Source of the DNA: Promethearchaeota archaeon
Lineage (GTDB): Archaea; Asgardarchaeota; Lokiarchaeia; Sigyniarchaeales; SOKP01
Assembly (NCBI GenBank): GCA_048940645.1
Contig: JBHLOI010000072.1
Coordinates: 1-15,304, forward strand
Reading direction: 5' to 3'
Length of the DNA stretch: 15,304 nt
A program made the position numbers and the translations under genes. The notes under the pieces are model-generated. The model had not been told where the DNA came from. It made no database searches and was given only the letters and a program-made list of their open reading frames with translations. This document shows, one piece after another, positions 7,035-15,304 of this stretch; within the stretch, counting starts at the first letter, position 1, and every line of letters starts with the position of its first letter.

Positions 7035-10000
7035 TGGAAGGATCTGTATTAGTAATTGGGGGAGGCATTGCTGGTATCCAATGTTCTTTAGATTTGACCG
7101 AATTAGGTTATAAAGTTTATTTAGTTGAAAGAACACCCTCAATTGGAGGCCGAATGGCTCAACTTGATAAGACATTCCCTACAAATGATTGCAGTTTATG
7201 TATTCTTGCACCTAAAATGGTCGAAGTTTTTAGAAATCCTAATATTGAATTATTAACTTATCATGAAGTTAAAGAAATTATTGGAGCGACAGGAGATTTT
7301 ACTGCCACAATTCTTAAAAAACCACGCTATATTGATGAAACAAAATGTAAAGGTTGTGGAGATTGTGCTACAAAATGCCCAAAAATTGAAGTTCCAAACT
7401 TATTCGATATGAACTTAGGTAAAAGAAAATCTATTTATATACCGTTTCCTCAAGCAGTCCCTCCTATCTATTTAATTGATCCTAGCTTGTGTTTGAAATT
7501 AACAAAAGGAGTATGTGGAGTTTGTGAAAAAGTATGTGAAGCCGAAGCAATTGATTATGAACAAAAACCTCAAGATATTCAACTCAATATAGGAGCTATT
7601 GTAGTAGCAACTGGTTTTGAGATGCCTGCTGAAAAATTATCTTTAAGATGGGGGTACCAATATGAAAATGTAGTAAGTGCTCTTGAATATGAGAGAATTT
7701 TATGTGCTTCAGGACCTTTCGGGGGACATGTCTTAAGACCAAGTGATCATGAAGAACCTGAGAAAATTGCTTTTATTCAATGTGCTGGTTCAAGGGATCT
7801 ACATGAGGGTGTACCTTATTGTTCAAGTGTATGTTGTACATATACAGCAAAAGAAGCAATCATCACAAAAGAACATTCCGAGAAATCACAATGCTATGTA
7901 TTTAGACATGATATTAGAGCTTATGGTAAAAACTTCTATGAATTCACTCAGCGGGCTCAGCAAGAATATGGAGTAAAATACTACCAAACAAAGATCAGTC
8001 AAATTAGAGAAGACCCTGAAACTAATGATTTAATTATTCATTACGAGGATTTAAAAACTGGAGAATTCAAGAATTTTAAAGCGAATTTAGTAGTATTAGC
8101 ATCACCCTTAGTACCATCAAAAGGTACAAACGAATTAGCAGAGATTTTAGGAATCGAACTTGATCAATATAATTTTTTCAAGGAACGTTCTTATTTTAAT
8201 AAATTACAATCTTCAAAAGATGGTATATTTTTATGCGGTTTTTGTCAAGGTCCAATGGATATACCTGAGACTGTAGCAGATGCGAGTGGTGTAGCATCAC
8301 AAGTTGCAACATTATTAAACTCAGTTAAATTTACCCAGATCAAAGAAAAGGAGTTTGAAGAACCAGAAAAGCAAGTAAAAACGTCTGAAGAGCCGAGAAT
8401 TGGAGTCTTAATTTGTCATTGTGGGATTAATATTGGAAAGTATGTAGATGTTCCAGACGTTGTTGAAGAAATTAAAAAATTACCAAATGTAGTTCACTGT
8501 GAAGCAAATTTATATTCATGTTCTAGTGATTCTCAGGAAAGGATAAAGGAAGTTATTAAAGAAAATGATTTAAATAGGTTTATAGTAGCTTCTTGCACTC
8601 CGAGAACACATGAAACCTTGTTTCAGGTTACTTGTCAGGAGGCAGGATTAAATAAATATCTTTTTGAAATGGTGAATATTCGAGATCAATGTTCTTGGGT
8701 TCATATGACAGAGAAAGAAGCAGCTACCGAAAAATCTATAGACCTTGTAAAAATGGCTGTAGCGAAATCGAGACTCTTAAAACCACAAAGAGAAGAAACC
8801 CTTAATATTATTCCCTCAGCGTTAGTCATTGGTGGTGGGGTTGCAGGAATGACTGCTGCACTAAATATTGCAGAACAAGGATTTGAAACATATCTTGTAG
8901 AAAGAGAGAATAAGTTAGGAGGAATCCTAAATTATCTTAACATCCTTTCTCCAATTCAAGAAAGAGGATCGATTTTTCTAAATGAATTAATTGAAAAAGT
9001 AAAAAAGAATAAAAATATCAAAATTTTCTTAGAATCTAAAATTGAGAATATTAAGGGTTATATAGGAAATTATGATATTGCTGTAGGCAATAAAGAAAAA
9101 GTAATTAACGATTTTAAAGTTGGTACAATAATAGTTGCTACTGGAGGAAAGGAATTAAAACCAACTGGTTATTTCCAATATAATGCTAAAAATCAAAATG
9201 TTATAACGCAACTAGAACTAGAACAAAAATTAAAAGATCAAAATGTTGCATGGTTAAAAAATATAAATCGAATAACTACCATTTTATGTGCGAATTCAAG
9301 ACAAAAAGAAGGGATTACCTATTGTTCAAACGTTTGTTGTGCAACAGCAATTAAGAATATTAATTTACTTAAAGAAATTAAACCTGAACTTGAAATTACG
9401 GTATTATATAGAGATTTGCAAATGGCTAAGAAGCAATTCGAAGATTACTATCGCGAAAGAAGAAAAGATGCAATTTTTTTGAGATATGATTTAACTAATA
9501 TACCAGAAATTACTAGAAAAAAGGGAGCCAAAGAAAATTACCAAATAAAGGTTTTTGACACAAATCTTCAAGAGGAAATAGATTTTCAAACCGATTTAAT
9601 AATATTGTCTACTCCAATGATTCCAGCAGATAATTTAGAAGAATTAGCAAAAATGTTAAAAGTACCAATAGACAAAAACGGTTTTTTTTTGGAAGCGCAT
9701 GTTAAGTTAAGACCATTAGATTTTGCAACTGATGGTATCTTTTTGTGTGGATGCGCCCAATGGCCGAAAAGTATTCAGGATTCAATTTCACAGGCAAATG
9801 GAGCAGCTGGTAGAGCTAGCCGATTTTTAAGCGCAAAACAGATTAAAACTTCTGGTTTAATCTCGGAAGTTAATCCAGATAAATGTATTGGATGTGGAAA
9901 ATGTGTAGAAACTTGTCCTTATAATGCTATTGAACTTTTGGATACTAAAATGGAATTTGAAGATTTAAATTTAATTATAAAGCAATCATATATAAATTCG

Positions 10001-10141
10001 GCATTATGCAAAGGTTGTGGGACATGTGCTGCCAGCTGCCCAGTTGGTGCAATATCTGTAAAGCATTATGATTTTGACCAAATAGGTGTGATGATAGATT
10101 CATATCTGCTAAAGAAAACTAAATCATTAGAGGAATTATAA
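7034..10141 (+). CDS. hdrA: Large tandem heterodisulfide reductase subunit A-like flavoprotein (Cys-only, two FAD modules)
   Basis: GGGIAG and GGGVAG FAD motifs, DKTFPTNDCSLC, QCAGSR, YCSSVCC, internal RIGVLICHCGINI domain, FFLEAHVKLRP and C-terminal 2x[4Fe-4S]. Confidence 0.93.
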   Translation: MEGSVLVIGGGIAGIQCSLDLTELGYKVYLVERTPSIGGRMAQLDKTFPTNDCSLCILAPKMVEVFRNPNIELLTYHEVKEIIGATGDFTATILKKPRYIDETKCKGCGDCATKCPKIEVPNLFDMNLGKRKSIYIPFPQAVPPIYLIDPSLCLKLTKGVCGVCEKVCEAEAIDYEQKPQDIQLNIGAIVVATGFEMPAEKLSLRWGYQYENVVSALEYERILCASGPFGGHVLRPSDHEEPEKIAFIQCAGSRDLHEGVPYCSSVCCTYTAKEAIITKEHSEKSQCYVFRHDIRAYGKNFYEFTQRAQQEYGVKYYQTKISQIREDPETNDLIIHYEDLKTGEFKNFKANLVVLASPLVPSKGTNELAEILGIELDQYNFFKERSYFNKLQSSKDGIFLCGFCQGPMDIPETVADASGVASQVATLLNSVKFTQIKEKEFEEPEKQVKTSEEPRIGVLICHCGINIGKYVDVPDVVEEIKKLPNVVHCEANLYSCSSDSQERIKEVIKENDLNRFIVASCTPRTHETLFQVTCQEAGLNKYLFEMVNIRDQCSWVHMTEKEAATEKSIDLVKMAVAKSRLLKPQREETLNIIPSALVIGGGVAGMTAALNIAEQGFETYLVERENKLGGILNYLNILSPIQERGSIFLNELIEKVKKNKNIKIFLESKIENIKGYIGNYDIAVGNKEKVINDFKVGTIIVATGGKELKPTGYFQYNAKNQNVITQLELEQKLKDQNVAWLKNINRITTILCANSRQKEGITYCSNVCCATAIKNINLLKEIKPELEITVLYRDLQMAKKQFEDYYRERRKDAIFLRYDLTNIPEITRKKGAKENYQIKVFDTNLQEEIDFQTDLIILSTPMIPADNLEELAKMLKVPIDKNGFFLEAHVKLRPLDFATDGIFLCGCAQWPKSIQDSISQANGAAGRASRFLSAKQIKTSGLISEVNPDKCIGCGKCVETCPYNAIELLDTKMEFEDLNLIIKQSYINSALCKGCGTCAASCPVGAISVKHYDFDQIGVMIDSYLLKKTKSLEEL

Positions 10142-10142
10142 A

Positions 10143-10577
10143 ATGACAAAAGCAGTATCAAAAGTTGAGAAGGGAGTTTTTGAGCCCTATATTTTGGTTT
10201 TTTGTTGTAATTGGTGTAGTTATGCTGGAGCTGATTTAGCAGGAGTTTCTCGATTCCAATATCCACCAAATGTCAGGATAATAAGAGTTATGTGTTCTGG
10301 AAGAGTGGATCCTGCTTTTGTCTTAAAAGCTTTGAAAAATCGTGCTGATGGGGTTCTTATTAGTGGATGCCACATTGGTGATTGCCATTACATCTCTGGA
10401 AATGAATATACAAGAGATCGTTTTGAAAGGTTATATAATATAATTATAAAGCAATTAGGTGTTAATGAAAAACGCGTCAAGTTAGAATGGGTAAGTGCTT
10501 CCGAAGGAAAAAGGTTTGCTGAAGTAATCACTGAATTTACAACTGAAATAAAGGAATTGGGCCCTTTACGAAAGTAA
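10143..10577 (+). CDS. mvhD: Hydrogenase iron-sulfur subunit MvhD (Cys form)
   Basis: FCCNWCSYAGADLAG, RVMCSGRVDP, GCHIGDCHY and WVSASEG canonical MvhD motifs. Confidence 0.96.
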   Translation: MTKAVSKVEKGVFEPYILVFCCNWCSYAGADLAGVSRFQYPPNVRIIRVMCSGRVDPAFVLKALKNRADGVLISGCHIGDCHYISGNEYTRDRFERLYNIIIKQLGVNEKRVKLEWVSASEGKRFAEVITEFTTEIKELGPLRK

Positions 10578-10621
10578 AAATTCTGATTAAATTTTTTTAT
10601 TACCAAGAATATTTTTAAGTA

Positions 10622-10807
10622 ATGTCTGAGTCAGAAGAGAATAAGAAAGAGGAATTCGCAAAGCAATTTATGCTTGAAGAAGGCTTGAAAGGTAAAGCCA
10701 AGAGAATAAAAATAATGAAAATTATCGACAAAGTAGGTTACAATAAAATTAAAATAAAAACAGCTCTTCTTCGCTCAACAATAGCTGAAAGGATTCAGCA
10801 CGAATAA
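10622..10807 (+). CDS. Small hypothetical protein (61 aa)
   Basis: ATG-started ORF filling the mvhD-serS gap, with protein-like charged composition and codon usage like its neighbours; no recognised motif. Confidence 0.7.
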   Translation: MSESEENKKEEFAKQFMLEEGLKGKAKRIKIMKIIDKVGYNKIKIKTALLRSTIAERIQHE

Positions 10808-10826
10808 AATATCGAGGGAATTTTAT

Positions 10827-12119
10827 TTGCTCGACATCGAATTATATCGAAATGATTTGGAAACGATAATTGATTCGGAAGAAAAAAGATTTAAAGACCC
10901 ATCTAATGCGAGAAAAGTTTTAGATTATGATAAAAAATGGAGAGAAGTATTAAAAGAGCTTCAAGAATTAAAAAGACAAAGAAACGAAATCTCAATTCAG
11001 ATTGGTCAATTTAAGAAATCCGGAGAAATTGATAAATTTGAAGGAGCTAAATTAAACTCAATAAAAATTAAGGAAAGAATAGATGAGTTAGAAAAAAATA
11101 AAGTGGAATTTTTAGAACAAAGAGAAAAGTTTCGATATATTGTTGGAAATATTTTGCATCAGTCAGTTCCAATTGGAGAAACTGAAGAAAATAATGAAAT
11201 TGTAAGAGTAGTAGGAGATATTGCTAAGTTTAAGTTTAACCCATTATCTCATGTTGATTTAATCTCCAAAATTGATGGAGCAGATACAAAGAAGGCATCT
11301 GAAGTAGCTGGTTCGAGATTTTATTACTTAAAGGGTGATATTGTATCCTTAAATTTCGCATTACTGAGATTTGCTTTAGACAAATTAATTTCTAAGGGTT
11401 ATACTCCCATGTGGCCCCCATTTTTTATTAAATATGATGTAATTAAAGCAGCTGCGGAATTGGCAGATTTCGAAGAACAACTGTATAAAATTCAGGATGA
11501 AGATCTCTATATGATTGCCACAGCAGAACAAACTTTAGCAGCTTATCATTTTAACGAAATAATCGAGCCAGAGAATTTACCAATTAAGTACGTTGGAATT
11601 TCTACATGTTTTAGACGAGAAGCAGGATCTCACGGTAAAGATACTTTAGGAATATTTAGAGTTCATCAGTTTGAAAAAGTAGAACAGTATATATTTTGTA
11701 AACCTGATAATTCTTGGATATTTCATGAGGAATTATTAGCTAACACGGAAGAAATCTTTAAAGAATTAGAAATTCCTTATAGGATTGTTAATATAGCTTC
11801 AGGAGAGTTGAATGATAATGCTGCTAAGAAATACGATCTTGAAGGATGGTTTCCAAGTTCGCAGGAATATAGAGAATTAGTTTCTTGCAGCAATTGTCTT
11901 GATTATCAAGCGAGGAAATTAAAAATTAGAATGGGAAAAGTTGGAACTCAAGAAAAAAAGCAGATTGTACACACATTAAATTCCACAGCAATAGCCACGG
12001 AACGTACAATTTGCTGTTTATTAGAAAATTATCAAAATGAAGATCATTCTGTAAGAATTCCCAGAGTTTTACAGAAATATATGAATAATAAAAAATTAAT
12101 TGAATCTAGAAAAAAATAG
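10827..12119 (+). CDS. serS: Serine--tRNA ligase (canonical type)
   Basis: MLDI start, N-terminal coiled coil, IATAEQ, CFRREAGSHGKDTLGIFRVHQFEKVE (motif 2), ELVSCSNCLDYQAR and HTLNSTAIATER (motif 3). TTG start preceded by GAGG. Confidence 0.97.
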   Translation: MLDIELYRNDLETIIDSEEKRFKDPSNARKVLDYDKKWREVLKELQELKRQRNEISIQIGQFKKSGEIDKFEGAKLNSIKIKERIDELEKNKVEFLEQREKFRYIVGNILHQSVPIGETEENNEIVRVVGDIAKFKFNPLSHVDLISKIDGADTKKASEVAGSRFYYLKGDIVSLNFALLRFALDKLISKGYTPMWPPFFIKYDVIKAAAELADFEEQLYKIQDEDLYMIATAEQTLAAYHFNEIIEPENLPIKYVGISTCFRREAGSHGKDTLGIFRVHQFEKVEQYIFCKPDNSWIFHEELLANTEEIFKELEIPYRIVNIASGELNDNAAKKYDLEGWFPSSQEYRELVSCSNCLDYQARKLKIRMGKVGTQEKKQIVHTLNSTAIATERTICCLLENYQNEDHSVRIPRVLQKYMNNKKLIESRKK

Positions 12120-12126
12120 ATATAAA

Positions 12127-13359
12127 ATGATTGAAGTAATATTAGAAGAATTTGAAGATTTTTATAAGAGTCGATTAGACTCTCGGTATGTAAAAGTAAA
12201 AAAGGCAGTTCAGAAACTTATATCAGAAATAAGAGATGGTTTAATAGAGATCAAAGTTTGTATGGATCATTTTTTAGAAGCGGGAGAGGGAAAAATAGAA
12301 GAAAAAGCTTTAAAATCTTTACATTTTTTCTCTGATCGCATCAGGAAAGAAATTGATGAGATAGAAATTCCAGAAGAAGAATTAAACTATGATAATATCA
12401 TGAGTTTATTAAATTCAATTAAAAAGTTATTCACTAATATAAATGAAATCGCAAGAAAAGCATTACCAAAGTTTCAAAAAGAAGTACAACCTGAAATAAA
12501 GGAACTTAATTATATCACACGTAAAATTCAAAAAAAGCAAGCAGTATTAGATCAATTTTTAAGAAAAAAATATGAGGATCTTAGAGATGCTGAATATTTG
12601 CTTAAAAAATTACCGAAACTTTTTAGTTTACGAGAAAATATTGAACATGCAAAAAAAGATTTAGAAGAATTTGAAGAACAATTAGAAGAGCATAGAAACC
12701 ATCAGGAAGAATTAAATAATAAATTAATGGAGCTAGAAAAAAATACATTATTTTCAGATTTAGAAAAAAAAAGAGAGAAACGATTTAAATTAAGAATGAA
12801 AATCAATGATCAATTAGGTTTTAAAAAAGCATTAAAAAAGTTGAAACATGAATTGGAAAAAGAAACATTTCATATATCAAATCTTAATATGAATTTCTTA
12901 AAAAACTTCCTTAAAGATCCAATAAAAACTCTTCGCAATGAAAGACAAGATCTACCAAATTTTTCAAACTTATTAGTCCAATTACGCCATATTTTAGAAG
13001 AGAATAAGCTAGATCTAAAGACTGATACAAAGGAAAAAACAATTGAAAATATTAATTCGATTTTCGAAGAAAAAAGCATTTTTAACTTTATCGAAGAATT
13101 AAATGAATTAAAGCAAGAAACTAAGTTATTAGAAGAAAAAGTAAAAGAAGCGGGATTATCTGAAGAATTAGAAGATGTTAAAAATCAAATTTCAACAAAT
13201 TCTGTGAGATTAGAGCATGTTCAAAATGATCTAGATAGAAAGAATAAGGATTATATGAGATATTTGGCTGCATTAAAGAATGAAAGAGAAGATTTTCAGA
13301 ATGCAGTAGAACGTGTATTAAATGAAGATATTAAGATAAATATTACCTTCTCTTTTTAA
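12127..13359 (+). CDS. Uncharacterised alpha-helical/coiled-coil protein
   Basis: About 410 aa, very E/K/L rich with heptad stretches and no Walker motif. ATG 12127 preferred over the serS-overlapping TTG 12100. Confidence 0.8.
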   Translation: MIEVILEEFEDFYKSRLDSRYVKVKKAVQKLISEIRDGLIEIKVCMDHFLEAGEGKIEEKALKSLHFFSDRIRKEIDEIEIPEEELNYDNIMSLLNSIKKLFTNINEIARKALPKFQKEVQPEIKELNYITRKIQKKQAVLDQFLRKKYEDLRDAEYLLKKLPKLFSLRENIEHAKKDLEEFEEQLEEHRNHQEELNNKLMELEKNTLFSDLEKKREKRFKLRMKINDQLGFKKALKKLKHELEKETFHISNLNMNFLKNFLKDPIKTLRNERQDLPNFSNLLVQLRHILEENKLDLKTDTKEKTIENINSIFEEKSIFNFIEELNELKQETKLLEEKVKEAGLSEELEDVKNQISTNSVRLEHVQNDLDRKNKDYMRYLAALKNEREDFQNAVERVLNEDIKINITFSF

Positions 13360-13363
13360 GAAG

Positions 13364-14095
13364 CTATAATTTTAACTCCCTCAATTCAAAATCTCTATTA
13401 TCTCTTATATTTCTTTTAAGTAAAGATATCTTTAAATTTTGTTTTAAGAATTTGTAAGTTTCTGTGTTTGTTAAATTAAGGATTTTTAAATATTCATATG
13501 CTAAAACTAAATCTTGTTTAATATCGATATCAAAACCTGCACGAAAAGAATCATAAACTGCTATTTTTAAATTTAAATTATTTGCTCTATTTAATAGAGC
13601 CAGAAGTGAAGGAGTGTCTGGTTCTGAAAAGAAAGTGGGTATTATGTCAGGCGGGTTCCTCCCAAGAACTGAAATTCCTGCAGAATGTATAGCAGGACAT
13701 ACAACTAATTGATGATCTTTTATAATGGAATGAAGTTCATAAAAGTTATTTATTGAAATCAAAATTGTGTCTAAAAAGATAAATGTAGTTTCTTTAGCTT
13801 TGAACTTTGAAATAGCAAGCTCGTTGAGATCTCTGATTACAGCATCAAAATTTTTTCTAGGGGCAGTCAATTCTTCTTTAATACCTCTTAATCCATATTC
13901 ATTCGCGAGTTCTAATATTTCTGCACTGTTGCAATATACAATTTTTTGATCAAATACAGAAACCATTTCTAGTTTTTTGGCTAAATCTTTAAACATAGCA
14001 AGGGTTAAATCTTTAAGTTGCTCTTTTGAAAAGCAATCTCTAAGACGAGATTTTGTTCGTGATAATGGAGCTATAGGGATTAATAAAAAACTCAT
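13364..14095 (-). CDS. cofC: CofC-like 2-phospho-L-lactate/PEP guanylyltransferase (F420 biosynthesis)
   Basis: N-terminal LIPIxxLxxTKSRL...LxLAMFxD and C-terminal GFDIDxxxDL match the CofC/FbiD pattern; central motifs are divergent. Confidence 0.75.
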   Translation of the reverse strand: MSFLLIPIAPLSRTKSRLRDCFSKEQLKDLTLAMFKDLAKKLEMVSVFDQKIVYCNSAEILELANEYGLRGIKEELTAPRKNFDAVIRDLNELAISKFKAKETTFIFLDTILISINNFYELHSIIKDHQLVVCPAIHSAGISVLGRNPPDIIPTFFSEPDTPSLLALLNRANNLNLKIAVYDSFRAGFDIDIKQDLVLAYEYLKILNLTNTETYKFLKQNLKISLLKRNIRDNRDFELRELKL

Positions 14096-14166
14096 TGAAC
14101 TCTAATATTTAAAATTTTAAGATTAAACTAAATTTAATTTAGGTTATAAATAAGGATAATAAGAAA

Positions 14167-14733
14167 TTATTTTAAATTATTCAAAATTTGAATTGATAGC
14201 TTTTTAAAAGCCATATCAACATTTTGGTTTAATTTTGCAGAAGTTTCATAATATTCAACTCCTAATTCATTAGCTTTTTTTTCAGCTATATTTTTAGCTA
14301 CCTCTCTTTTTAAATCTGTCTTATTGCCAACAAGGATATATGGTACTTCTCCACTTAGTTCTTTTAATTTAGAGACCCAAAAATCGAGATCCTTAAATGT
14401 ATCATAAGAACTTAAACTAAAAACGACCATAGCTCCAACTGCTTGAACAAAATAATATTCATTTGCGAAAAGCTTATCTTGTTGGCCTCCTACATCCCAA
14501 AAATATAATTTAAACCCTTTATCTTTAATATCTTTCTTTAATTCAGGATTTTTTATATTAACTTTATCAATAATCCCTCTGAGATCAATTTCTTTTATCA
14601 AAAAATTTGCTCCTATAGTTTGATGGTATTCTTCACTAAATTTATTGTCTACATACCGAGCTAGGAGACTAGTTTTCCCAACATTAGGAGAGCCAACCAT
14701 CAATGCCTTTCCTCGATAGCTTATTCCATTCAC
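14167..14733 (-). CDS. Rab-like Ras-superfamily small GTPase (eukaryotic signature protein)
   Basis: G1 GSPNVGKTS, G2 TIG, G3 WDVGGQ, G4 GNKTD, G5 ETSAK; no C-terminal Cys prenylation motif. Confidence 0.93.
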   Translation of the reverse strand: MNGISYRGKALMVGSPNVGKTSLLARYVDNKFSEEYHQTIGANFLIKEIDLRGIIDKVNIKNPELKKDIKDKGFKLYFWDVGGQQDKLFANEYYFVQAVGAMVVFSLSSYDTFKDLDFWVSKLKELSGEVPYILVGNKTDLKREVAKNIAEKKANELGVEYYETSAKLNQNVDMAFKKLSIQILNNLK

Positions 14734-14833
14734 CCTAGATTTTTCTAATTCACAATTTCTTCAAAGAATTGGTTAATAAATTAATATTGGTTTTATATAT
14801 ATACTTTTTTTATATTTTCCATATTTTAGAATT

Positions 14834-15304
14834 TTATGCTTCTGGTGTCCCTTTTTTAGGCGTTAATTTGATCTCCTTACATTCTGAGGTTATAAAATGT
14901 CTAAAAAGGTGCTCATAGCCCATAATCTGTTTTTGATGTCCATTTTCTAACCATAGACCTGAAGTGTATTCTGGGGCTTCACTCACTTGATCTAAAGTTG
15001 TAAGTAGAAAATCATTATCTGCAATTAATAATCCAAAGGGTATTACACTATCACCCTCTATTGAATGTATTTTTACGGATATTTTCAAGAGTTTTTTAAT
15101 TTCTTCTTTAAGGGCTCCAAAATATTTTAACGCTATAATTATCTGAGTAGGAGAGGAAAACTTTTTGTTCCATAATAGTTTGAGTATCCATTCATATCCT
15201 CCTAATTCTTCCATTAGTAAATCGGGAGTTATAATGAAGTAAATTCGATTTTGTGATGTTTCAATAAGTTCTTTAATCTTTTTTCTTATTTTATCTCTAT
15301 CACC
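14834..15304 (-). CDS. 3' part of a probable TrmB-family transcriptional regulator (effector-binding domain); start lies outside the window
   Basis: The frame stays open to the window edge: GDRDKIRKKIKELIETSQNRIYFIITPD...FGLLIADNDFLL...SGLWLEN...YEHLFRHF resembles the PLD-like C-terminal domain of TrmB. The HTH is not visible here. Confidence 0.55.
   Translation of the reverse strand, partial: GDRDKIRKKIKELIETSQNRIYFIITPDLLMEELGGYEWILKLLWNKKFSSPTQIIIALKYFGALKEEIKKLLKISVKIHSIEGDSVIPFGLLIADNDFLLTTLDQVSEAPEYTSGLWLENGHQKQIMGYEHLFRHFITSECKEIKLTPKKGTPEA

Noticed and set aside
12127-13359. SMC/Rad50 or ESCRT-III assignment for the coiled-coil protein
   Set aside because: No Walker A/B, hinge or CxxC hook, and no recognisable Snf7 pattern; composition alone is not enough.
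321-13949. Short shadow ORFs (321..509, 856..1041, 1858..2097, 4412..4606, 7743..7976, 9288..9482, 10066..10269, 10388..10606, 12870..13079, 13767..13949)
   Set aside because: They overlap well-supported genes antisense or out of frame and show no recognisable motifs.
14109-14142. Palindromes TTAAAATTTTAA and CTAAATT-T-AATTTAG upstream of cofC
   Set aside because: Almost pure A/T in a very AT-rich intergenic region; not distinguishable from chance without comparative data.

Overview
AT-rich archaeal window, most consistent with Asgard archaea (Lokiarchaeia-like): archaeal S13-S4-S11 ribosomal cluster, a Rab-like small GTPase, and F420/heterodisulfide-reductase genes. The ORF track fragments or misses a minus-strand selenoprotein operon: hdrA (5368..3371, in-frame TGA at codons 17 and 201), vhuD/mvhD (3349..2915, TGA at codons 20 and 71) and an frhB-like gene. 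All four TGAs align with conserved Cys of Cys-only paralogs in the divergent plus-strand operon (hdrD-like, tandem hdrA, mvhD). One SECIS-like hairpin lies just after vhuD. The 385-bp divergent intergenic region holds an unannotated ~260-nt Y-shaped fold-back whose in-helix mismatches become G-U pairs on the minus strand, suggesting a structured RNA (ncRNA or leader of the Sec operon). To the right are a small ORF, serS, a coiled-coil protein, cofC, the GTPase and a partial TrmB-like regulator. All structures were folded by eye, not computed.
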